From assembly GCF_902652985.1 (NCBI RefSeq), contig NC_047027.1, positions 17,112,001 through 17,176,000 of the forward strand: DNA of 64,000 nt. Reading direction: 5' to 3'. Shown piece after piece: positions 13,371 to 25,200 of the stretch. A program made the position numbers and the translations under genes. Below the pieces are notes generated by a model. That model was given only the letters and a program-made list of their open reading frames with translations, did no database searches and was not told where the DNA came from. This DNA is from Pecten maximus. Lineage: Eukaryota. Each line of letters opens with the position of its first letter. The first letter of the stretch is position 1.

Positions 13371-15332
13371 TGAAGTAAGTCCTGATATCAAAGAAAGTCT
13401 CGTTAGGAAGAACGTTTGTTTCTGTAATGTTTTCTAATGAAATTTACGTTGAGTGTTTTCCTTCAATTAAGAGACGTTGATGAAAACGGGGCCCGGAGGT
13501 TTGTTATCTAGTGATTTACGACATATAGTTTAACAAACATGAAAGGCACCGCCACAATGTTAGTGGTGATAATCTATAGAGTATCACTTCCTTATATGGT
13601 GTTCTACGTCACAGGGGATCAATACCTGTCCGATCTACATCTGCCCCTGAAGGCCAAACACAGCCCGGTCAAAGGTTACCGATATCTATACAGGTAACAG
13701 CGGTTTGTATCAACAATATATTGTCATAACTTCCGGGGTGGTATTTTTGTCACAAACACTTTGTGTAAAACGGAAAAAAGACCGCTGTCCGTTTTCAGTT
13801 GTAGTCGCCCCGTTGTCAATACGCAGGCTAGTTAAAATGGAGTATCTCATTCCTTTAAGGAGCAATGCTTATCCAGAGACTTGTATATCTTGTGATATTC
13901 AAGTCTCTGGCTTATCTAGTACTCAACCAGATGATATAAAACATTGTTAACCCTATAAGATATCTTATGTATGTACTTTTTTATACGATCTAACAGAAAT
14001 ATATATATATATATACTAACCTAGTTATATACGTTTCTGATATAAAGAAAAGTTTGTGGGATATCATATATTTTATGAGATAACTTAAATATAAAAGATA
14101 CAAGATACCTAATTAAACTCTAATTAAGCTATCTAATAAAGAAATTATATATATGATAAACATTATGTTATCTTGTATACTTTGTCGTTTATTACACGAA
14201 CCGTTAAAAACATATATAGTTCTATGTCATAAAGATGTCTCGTCTTAATAACGATCTGTGTGAACAGAGGTCTCTTAGCCATAGGTGTTTAGCACCCTCA
14301 TTAGTCAAAGATCGATTATGACTTAATACATATGTACCCATGGGCAGTTCAGTTGTATTGCATCTGTGTCAGTAAATATTACATAGTTGCGACATGTTCG
14401 ATGTTTGACCAATGGATGCACAAGGTCTACAGGTATTGTATTATAGACTTGTAAATTAACTTCTCGTGTCTCCCCTTTAGTTGGTGACTATCAAATTGGA
14501 CCTAATTCTGACTGTTCATTAAAACTTCGTAGATTAACAACCCACTTATCTACACACCTGTGTAGGTCGGTCTGAACAGTTCGGACACTGGTCACTACCG
14601 TGTTATCTGCCTAGCTCCCTATCATATTTACAGGTATGGCGTTGATGGCAGTCGCGTTGATTACCAACGACAGGTATGACCCCCCGAGGCCACGATTTTA
14701 ATCAATTCTCTAACGAGATATTGTAGGGAACAGTAGGCAGATCTATGGCACCAGGCTGACCAGTTATACTAGTCAGATATTGACCCCTGGCTACTTTTTA
14801 CGCTACACGTACAGGATGGGCCGATCTTTCTGTCGTCGTTCGATGTAAAGGGGATGATTGACATGGTACAAGGTCCACTTGTACAGGTGTGAGTGGTACA
14901 ATATCATGGCTACATGTTACCAATGTATAATAAAAGCCCTGATGGCAATTATACGAGCGGTTTTGTCCTAATTGCAACTTGGTACCCCTGTCTGGCGAGT
15001 CGGAGACGCAAATTAAGTACGGAATATTGTTGGAATGACACAACATTTAAACTGTTCTGCAATCTTGTTTCCTCGTAGTATAATACAAACTCCAGCGTTC
15101 TTAGCTGATTTTTTTTACTACAATACGGAAAACCCTGTAACATGAAACATATACAAAATGTTGAAGATTTTTTACACTGAAATTCAATATATAGCATGCA
15201 ATACTAATATGCAAACATAAACAATTATCATTATATTAAATCCGCAAACTGACTTAAAAACGAAAGGAGTGGCTTTCATGAAAATCTATTGAGAAGAACA
15301 GGAAAGGGGATAGACCATGTTAGGGTGTATCA

Positions 15333-15501
15333 TATGGCGCGGGAAGGATGTCATAACTAATTATTTCTGCCTAATTATTTTGTTTCGATTATTGCCTAGA
15401 CAATAATAATTTTGCCTAAGCAGAAATCGAATTTTGACTAGGCAGAAATCGACTTTTGCCTAGGCAAAATTATCTAATTATGACATCCTTCCCGCGCCAT
15501 A
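15333..15501. mobile_element. MITE with 6-bp TSD, IS3EU-like termini
   Basis: 24-bp perfect TIR TATGGCGCGGGAAGGATGTCATAA; GTATCA on both flanks; internal TGCCTAGGCA-type subrepeats. Confidence 0.85.
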
Positions 15502-16166
15502 GTATCATGACTGGGTAAAAATCGACTGAAACATACAATTTAAATCTATGCAGGACCATGTTCTCAAAAGGAGAACCACGAGGGTGGCAATAATCACGAA
15601 GAGACTATTAAGGTTTGGTTTGATATTCCCAATGTTAAAAAAACTACCAGAACTCTCAACTAAAACGAAAAGATAAATAGAGCACACTGGAGTATCAATA
15701 ACAACCGAAAGCTACCAAATCACATTTAAAGGGAAACAACTCTTACTTATTTTACAGCTAAATGGGTGTAATTTCCAAACCATTGAAACAGAGACCAATT
15801 GAACCGGAGAGCTATATATTAAGCATATACATGTATGTATCTGATAATATAATGAAGAAATAATAAGTATGAAAACCCGAATATATACAATACTTCTTCG
15901 AGTACTTCTTCGATTGTACCGATTTGTAGCAACTTACTTGAATAAAATTACCTTCAATACATTTATCAACAAGACTATTCTCAACAGTATCACAATAAGA
16001 TGAGATTTAAATGAAAATATAGATACAAAAAAATATATATTGTCACGGTAATTGATCGCCAATCAGTAGAATCTAGCGTGAAAACAAGTGCAAATAACAT
16101 CTGCATCAAGCCGTGCTGACAGAGTTACGTGCCTTGAAATAGCTCTTTTTGATACGCATATGTTAT

Positions 16167-16192
16167 ACGCATGCGCGATATACCATAGCAAC
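16167..16192 (+). promoter_or_regulatory. CFAP44 proximal promoter: NRF1-like ACGCATGCGCG (16167-16177) and RFX X-box-like TATACCATAGCAAC (16179-16192)
   Basis: 12/14 match to GTTNCCATRGNAAC ending 15 nt before the ATG, in a locally CpG-rich stretch; RFX factors regulate ciliary genes. Confidence 0.6.
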
Positions 16193-16206
16193 AAAGTAAA
16201 TCCAAG

Positions 16207-16255
16207 ATGGAGGGCGACGGTGAAAAACCACCTTCTCCGAAGCCGGAAAATCCAG
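16207..16255 (+). CDS. CFAP44: CFAP44 exon 1 ([16 protein letters not shown])
   Basis: ATG in aagATGg context just after X-box/NRF1-like motifs; donor CAG|GTACA, phase 1, in frame with exons 2, 3 and 4. Confidence 0.75.
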
Positions 16256-19200
16256 GTACACTTTTAGAAATGAACCCTCGAGAAATTGCAAGCGTTAAGA
16301 AATATATAGCTGAGGATGTCGTTATATTGTACGCAGTGTATGATGTTGTTATGAGATAGTCTGATCTGTAAAAGTAAACGGTAACTGCTACGTGCCCGCG
16401 GAATTTTATGACACTGTCGTTGTAAACACACAATTTCACACTAAGCTTTTTGTTATGAAGTCCTCTTAACAAACCAACTGCGTCAATTCGTATTGACTGT
16501 TAGGTTCCGCCATATAATAAATTTATATTGTATGATGTTGTTGCAAAGCAGACCTCTGACGTTAGCATAATTTGTCGATATGCAATCTGGTAATTCGTGT
16601 ACGTGTTATGAGCCCATGACTCGTACGCTCATTTCAAATTCTGCAATGGAAAACACACGTAGCTCATTTAAATTGGGAATATGTCAGATAAACGAGTACT
16701 GATTATTCGCACTAATGCGATTTTACCAGTGATCAGGTGGTAGGGCTTTGTCCGTTGCCCGTGTTCAGTAATGTTCTCGTTGTAGCATGTCAAAGTTTTT
16801 AAACATCTGTTGTGAACATATAAAGATGTAACACCACCCCATGTATTGATAATCAGCTAGAATTAACCAAGATAGGAACAGTTCTTTAGGCTTTTTGAAA
16901 CAAAATCTAAAAATAAACTCACCAGACGTTTATATAACAAAGCAAAGATGGACCCAAGCTTGAATAAAGCTTGTACAAAACAACAACATTGAGATAAATA
17001 TACGGGTAATATAAATGCCATCATGCTAGCCCTGCTACAGACATGTTACAACATTTCTGATGGCCAAAACTCCAAAAAAGCCAACTGTGCACATTCTTTA
17101 TTCTCTCCTTGTCCTACATAATAGCAGTCAAACATATCTAGCGTTATATACGATCTTACTCAGCTGATTGATCATGATGCTTTGCCAGGGATTGTCACAT
17201 TTGAGATTTAATTCCTGTAAGGACACTTGACAGGAAAATGTTTTTTCCCAGTTCTTTCGCATTGATGCCCAACTAAAATCCCACAGTGCAGGTGGTATTG
17301 AGAGTCTTGGGTTGAGATATAAAATCTCAAGAAATTAAGGAGTGTAAAAGGAGTCAGTCTGACAGTGTAGCCTTGTACATAGTGTTAAATATGGTCTCTG
17401 TGATTCAGCTGACAGAGCATGCTACTTTTGCTGAGGAGGTAGTGCCCGGGATTATCACGTCGCAGACCCGGATTTGATTTCTTTGTCCGGACACTCGGGA
17501 CACATTTTAAAATGCAACAGTCTGGTACATCAGTGTCAAAAAGTTTGATAGTCTTTTTAGAAGAATCATTGAGGGGCACCAATCCTTTAGAAAATAAAGA
17601 GAAATAAATCTTCAGATTAGAAAATCCTCCAAAACTAACATTGTTCATCTCCAAGGATCTAAGAAAATCCTTAGTGGGATACTGAACCTTCTTGAAATGA
17701 ATAAATGAAACAGAAAGGAAGAGACGCATCTTAAATTGAAACCAGGTTTCTGATCATTTTATTCTTCAACTTTTATTGCTGGTGGTCTGTTGATGACAGC
17801 CTGATTAGGCTGAAATAGCACAACGCGTTAGGCCAATTAGGAAGATATATACTGATCAGGAATCTAGTTTCAAGATTGCTTCTCTTCTTTTATGTTTCAT
17901 TCATTGTATTATGATAAGTTATATAGCAATCACTGTAAAAACAAGTGCCATGAATAATCTTCTGTATCTTATAGTATTATTACTATAAAATCACATAACC
18001 CTGTCCATGCTACCCGGTATTTCACTATACACAGTCACTATTATATAGTGTACTAGTGAAATAGAACCAAGGACTGAATTGATTATCAGACAGAAAGCTT
18101 CGTTGATATTTGGTAATTCAGTCAGATACATTACCTTCCTTATCCTAAACTTGTATTTAATCATTTGTTTTGAGATTTCAGTTGGATGCAGATTAAGAAT
18201 TACCAGTAGCATAGATCTTAGTTTTTGCTCCTGAATTTGTTTGGCTTTTAAATGGTAGATGAATGCTGACTTTTGTCATGGATAAGACATATTATTTCCT
18301 TTTTAAAATAGTGTAAAGTTATTGAAATTGCTTTTATAGGTTATTTGCTAGTTAAAATGTGGACATAGTTATTTCATTTCATATCAGTTTTGTTTTACAA
18401 TAACAACAGGAAAATGTCCACATGATAGATGTATACAAACACATATGATACTTTTAACAAACTCAGTGTTGAGGTTGTGATATTACAAACAGCATTAGTT
18501 AAATGTATGACACATTTTCTAAAGATGATATGTTAATGATATATTGCTTTTATTAATTTGTCACTCGAGGATCCCGTGACTCTCCGGCATCTGGCTCAGG
18601 AAATGAGGGCACTGGTCGTAAGTCACGCAATTTAAAAGAGGCCACCTCACATTTAAAGGAGGAGGCAATGCGTAGATACAGGTTACGTCAAGAGGCAATG
18701 GCATCAGACTCGGGTGGTGAGGGGACTCCCATACCACCAGAAACTCGAATACCAAAACCGCCAGAAGGGGAAAAACCGACCAGCAGAAGAAACAGTCCTC
18801 GACAGAGAACAGTTCAATCAAGTGAGGAAGCAGGAAAGCAGAATGAGATTTCACAACCAGAATTAATTCACGAAAAGAGTGATGCATCTCTCCCTGTATC
18901 TGTTGATGAGAAGATGGAAGAGAATACGGAGCGCCTTGTATCAAATTCTGTAGATCTTCAGGAATGGGGGAGTTTGTCCAATACTCCTGTACTTGAGATG
19001 GAACAGAGCAACCTGAGTCAGGGGAAGGTTTCCCATACACAAGTGATCACGTCTACCTCGGTTGACCTTGACAATATCAGCAGCCAAATCATCACCACCA
19101 GAACAGATGTGGAGCAGATCGAAAGTCAAATCATTACTAGCAGTGAGATTTCAGGTCTGGCCGAGTCGGAGATTCATCATATGGTGGAAATGATGGAGAA

Positions 19201-22200
19201 GAACCAGGGAGAAGGGTTGGAAAAGATAACCATCACTACAAAAGAATTTGTTCAAGATGATCAAACTGTTCAAGATAGTGAAATCCAAGAAGAAAAGGAC
19301 AGCAGGATTCAGCAGAGCTTGGGAGTAGTCCAAATGACTGCCCGCGAAATGTCTCGAGAACCATCTATGGAGGAAGACATGTTCAAGGAAAATTTTGAGG
19401 TTGTCCACCAGTCAGAAAACAATGCTGTATTATCACAATTATCTCGTGAAGGAACTTTGGTTGAGGAGCAGATCGTACCCACACAAACAGGAATACAAGA
19501 CGCTGCTGTACAGGCAGGAGAATCGGGAGGTATTGCGACTGTGCACCGCCTAGCCTTCTGTTCTTTCCAGGCCCTTAGACATCTTCTATACATTTTCAAT
19601 GCTTTTATCTCAGTCCACTCTTTGACATTTCAGACTATTTTGCATGTCCACATCAAATTTCACATTTTATAAACCATTAGTTTTAAGCTATTTTAAATGT
19701 GTACATGTTCATAGATCATTATGAAGGACTCTAATCATTTATGTTTTATGGTTATATAGATTGTGGTGAATTTTGGCTGAAAAAAACCCAACCATAATCT
19801 AATACAGGCAATTGCAGATCGCAGTTAAAAATAAAGATAATATTTTCATTTATGAAATTAAAAGTAAATAAATTCAGAAATCGGAAAGATATTATTATAG
19901 TCCGATTAAAATCGAATCTTGATCTACGCTCATCTGGAAACTACACTCACCTAATGGGAACATAGATTAAGACACAATTTTAATCTGATTGGATAATGTT
20001 ATTTTGGATATTTTTATCTTTTGTTCTTATTTTGAACCAATTGAATTGAAGGAATTTCTGGTGTAGTGAAATTACATGTGAGAAAACGTTATTGTGATTT
20101 GGTTTGAAAGTTAACAAAAATGACCTTTTAGTATTTTATTGGTTAGAATATTACAAAGATTGAATTTGTTTGTAATTTTTGACCATAATTATCACTGAAC
20201 ATGGACATTGGTTATTATTAGTACTTGCCAATTTATCTCTACATTGTATTGAGCCTGAGATCTGTCAGTTTTACACCCGTCAATTTTGACCTCTTGGTCC
20301 TAATATGTTTCCTCTGTTAAAATTCATTCAATTTTGTAGAACAGTTTAGTCAATTGCAAACAAACAATTTGATCAATTATTGTCTCTAGCAGGATTTGTT
20401 GTAAGACATTCGAAGACAATTTAAGAATTTATCCCTGAAAAAGTTGAAAAGTTGGCAAGTACACTGATAAAGAACACAATTTTGAAGATATCTTCCTTTT
20501 CTGTGGAATGTTATATATATTTTGCTAGCTGCAGGAACTGTAGATCATTGTCCAATCGATTGATATTATGTACTACTGAAGGTAATACCTAATACATATG
20601 TATATCTGTAGGAACTTGTGATTCAGTAACTCGATTGCTAAAGCCTAAAAACAAAACATTTGAAATTTGTATGCATGAGATGGTGTTATTTTTTGCCATT
20701 TTGAGGAAAGATTAAAGATTAATCTTAAAATTGGGAAAAGTATCTAAATACCCTTTGAAAGTAAATATTATAGACAAATTTGTAGTCTGTTTCAGAATTT
20801 TATGCGAAAAATTAATTCTGTGAAACCTTTTGTAAAACTCAATCTGCACCATCGATAGAAATACATGTACCTCACAGGGCATTTATAATCTTTGTCAGTA
20901 ATTCCAAATAAATGTAACCAAGGTTACTGAAGGTCACTTTCTAAAATATTGAATGCTTTATAACTCTTTGGTTGGTAAACTAAAATTTTAAAAAGGGACA
21001 TAGATTGGACGAAGGACTATACATCCTGTAGCTAACGTGAGTGCTAGTTTAGAATTGATTACGACCCCACTACTAGTTCATTGACTGTAAGGTTTGTACC
21101 AGTAGATGGTAGATTTGTGTGACAAATGTAGACCCTTGTGTGAGTACTTGTAGATTATGTTGATAAAGCTGACCTATAAACCACAGTTCTAAAGTTTATT
21201 GTGAAAAACATATCCCGGAGTACCTCTAACATTTGGTTTTATGTGAATAAATTTTCCCACAAAAGGTTAATAAAATCTTGTTAAACCCACTCGAGGATAG
21301 CATTTGGGTGTCTGCAGCCAAGGTCAATATTCCATCACAAAAATGGAATTATTTTGATGTAAAAAGTTGAAGATTTTTCTATTTAAGTGTATTGTATTAA
21401 TTCCAATATATTTACTTTTGCCCTAAAAATTATTACTTGCAAAATATATTGGTACACAAAATTAAGATTTAGAGTGGGGAAACACATGAATTTTGACATA
21501 AGATTGTATATTTTGTCATAACTTTACTTACTTGCAGTTGAAAATTATGCAAGTATTGTTTACAAAAGAGAACTAGAGAATTTATATATAAGTTAATTAC
21601 CTACGGAATGGCTTTAGAACACTGTGGTTTAACGGTAGCTACCTATTTGAAGTTTTTGACTACCTACCCCAATCTTGTACTAAATTTACTGAAGTCTTCT
21701 CTAAACAACCATTTGCCTTTGAATCATCCTCATTAAAAAAATACATTAGAATAGATAAATTCCTCCACACACAATCCAATATAAAAATATTTTTGATCTG
21801 TTGTGTTTTCAAAAATTTGTTTTATTTATATGTTAAAGTTTTAAACTTAATTATAAAAAATGTTTGGGCCCATTTTTATTTCTATTTTATCTTCTTTTTT
21901 TTAACTTGATTGAAGTAAGATTATTCTGAAATACTGGATGCTATTTATATCCTTACAGTCATTGATCTGGTACAGCAGAGGTGGGGTCCAGTTTGGAGGG
22001 TGGGGGGCATGTTGTCACAATTCTTGTTCTTCTCACAGCTGGGTAACCCAGCATAGCTATGAATGCATGGAATGTTTGCTTTATTTATTGTAAAATGCAT
22101 GTTATTTTCACTTTTCACAATCTTGATAAATGATAAAGATTTGTCAACAAATATATTTCATCAAATCTGTATTTTGTGGATTTTTTCATCATGTACATTA

Positions 22201-25200
22201 AGAATGTATTGTTGGTTTTAATTCACAGATTTTGAAATTAAAATAAATATTTTATGACAGAACTTGTATTTTATTAGATTTGCTAGTAATATATACCCAA
22301 AGCTATACTTAAATATAAAATTGCTGAAACTTCAACTTATATAATCTTCATCATATCATAAAATATTGACCAAGTATTGGAGAAAATTTCTAGGTGATAT
22401 ACACTGCTTCTCTTTCTACACATCTCTTCAGCATTCAGTTATCAAACGATTGTGCATGTATATAATCTATCTCACATATTATTTGAGAATTTTTTTTTAG
22501 TTTTATTTACAGAGGTAAAAAATGTTTAAAATAGCATAACACCCATACTGAAATTATACTGGCCTAATTTGATATAATAAATTTACAAATTTAATTAACA
22601 TGTGAAAATATCCACTGGTCAAATTAAACAAGCGTGTTAAAATTTTGTACTCGTCCAAACCTGAAAATTATTTTGTACAGTATTTTAGGAAATATCTTGA
22701 TAAATATTTGATATTTATAGCCTGCAAAATTATATACTGGCCAAGTCTGAGCTGGTTTCCCCATCATGTAGCAAGGGAATCTTTAAACCTTGTACTTTAG
22801 TGTACCATGGTAAGTTATAAGTAAGTCAGCATTGGCTTCGACCTGCTGCCAGCAAATTGACATTACTCTGGAGAATATTTTTTGTAATCTGAAGCTAAAA
22901 TATTCTATATTAAAAGAAAAATGATAAAATTTCATTGATGTGAAAAAAATGTTGTTTGATTTAAAAAGCTTATCAAAAATATGAGGAGTATGGGTTTATT
23001 ACTGGACAACAGCATACCGTTACTCTGGATTTCTCCTGAACTACAAGTCATAGGGGTGGGCTTATTACCAGGCATGGGGTTACTGCATGTCACACACAGT
23101 GAAATAAAATGCCTTATGATACAAAATGTTTCATCAATTGATGCTTGTTGCATGTACACTCTTTACACGCCGCTGGCGTAGCTACCGTGTATGCTAACCT
23201 TGTATGCCAAGGCATCCCCATTTTTTTTCTGAAAAAAAATTGAATTAAGAAAGAAAAAATGAAGCTACGCCACTGCATATATACTCCTCACCATGTAGTG
23301 CTACATCAGTAAGCATCACTTCAACCTGTAATGTACAAATTACATTTTCTAAATTTTTTAATCTATTTGTTGTCTAAATGTTTCCTCCTTAATTTAGTCT
23401 TTATAATCGTAAATTATTCTCTTTTTATAGTTGTGTGTTGTGTAAAATTAGTAAAATGACTGAACTAGATTCTGATCTGTTTAGAATTTAATTGTTGTAT
23501 ATGTTCTGTGGATGTGATAAGTATATATGTAGATTTCACCAAGAATTGTCTCTTTGTGTAAATTGTTTATTCCCTTATAAAATGAAAGAAAGATCAAATA
23601 ACATGTTCTAGTTTTGGGGTTACATGCATTTATAAAGTCTAAAGCTAATTTGTTGCTCCTAATGTTTAAAAAAAAAAGATAAGTTATATGAATTGATGAT
23701 GTATGGTGAATAATTAGAAATTTGACAACATTTTATATCTCTTGTTTTTGTTTGTTAGAAGGGACCGATGGAGAACAAATACCTGAACCACCTCTAGTAG
23801 AGGCCCAGGGGCAGGAGGCAGAAAAGGCCCCAGAACAGGAGGCAGAAAAAGCCCCAGAACAGGAGGCAGAAAAAGCCCCAGAACAGGAGGCAGAAAAGGC
23901 CCCAGAACAGGAGGCAGAAAAAGCCCCAGAACAGGAGGCAGAAAAAGCCCCAGAACAGGAGGCAGAAAAAGCCCCAGAACAGGAGGCAGAAAAGGCCCCA
24001 GAACAAGAGGCAGAAAAGGCCCCAGAACAGGAGGCAGAAAAGACCCCTGAGCAGGAGACAGAAAAGGCCCCTGAGCAAGAGGCAGAAAAGGTCCCAGAAC
24101 AGGAGGCAGAAAAAGCCCCCGAACAGGAATCAGAAAAGGCCCCTGAGCAAGAGGCAGAAAAGGCCCCTGAGCAAGAGGCAGAAAAGGCCCCAGAACAAGC
24201 AGAAGAGGCACCAAAACAAACAACAGACGGAGAAAAGCTTGAAGAAAATGTTAAAGTAGGTGAAAAGACAGAAGGAGAGGAAGGAAAAGAACAGACTCCT
24301 GGTGAGTCAGAGCAAGCACCTGAAGGTGAAAAGGCCCCAGAACAAGTGCAGGAAGGAGAAAAAGCCCCTGAACAGACACAGGAAGGAGAAAAGGCCCCTG
24401 AACAGGCACAGGAAGCTGAAAAGGCACCTGAACAGGCACAGGAAGCTGAAAAGGCCCCAGAACAAGCACAGGAAGGAGAAAAGGCCCCAGAGCAGGTACA
24501 GGAAGGAGAAAAGGCCCCAGAACAAGCACAGGAAGGAGAAAAGGCCCCAGAGCAGGTACAGGAAGGAGAAAAGGCCCCAGAACAGGCACAGGAAGGAGAA
24601 AAAGCCCCTGAACAGGCACAGGAAGGAGAAAAAGCCCCTGAACAGGCACAGGAAGGAGAGAAGGCCCCTGAACAAGCACAAGAAGCTGAAAAACCACAAG
24701 AAGATGGCAGTGGTGATAAACCTGTTGAGGGTGAAAAAGTTCAGGAACAGGAAGAATCTGTTGCAATGGACAAGCCAGGAGATGAAACTGCCAATGCTTC
24801 AAACAGTGATGGGAAAGGTAAGTCCTAGATATGTACATGTATTCAGTTCTTTTGTTGATCTTACAAAAAGAAAAATGGAATAGTAAAAAGTTAATCTTAC
24901 AAAAGGAAATACGGAATAGCAAAAAGTTTTTAATCTTCCTTTGAAAATCAAAAGAACAGTTAGTTTTTATTGTTTGTAACTGATACAATTATACTATTGT
25001 TAATTTGTCATGTAGTTATAGAAGATGAAGAAAACATTCATTTGAATAAAAACGATAATTATTCAAAATTAATACTGAATACTCAGGATAATACTACTAG
25101 TATTGGTATCCTGCAAGCAGACATTTTTCATTTATTAAAATTCATCTATCTGTAACAGAAGAAACACAAGTGGAGGTGAAGGAGGAAGCAGAGGGTGAGA

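Noticed and set aside
18668-19672. Stand-alone single-exon 334-aa gene
   Set aside because: The frame is open upstream to a phase-compatible acceptor and coding-like composition stops at the 19529 donor; better explained as a CFAP44 exon, although an alternative first exon is not excluded.
23714-24988. Long antisense and alternate-frame ORFs
   Set aside because: Shadows of the 24/30-bp coding repeats of exon 3.
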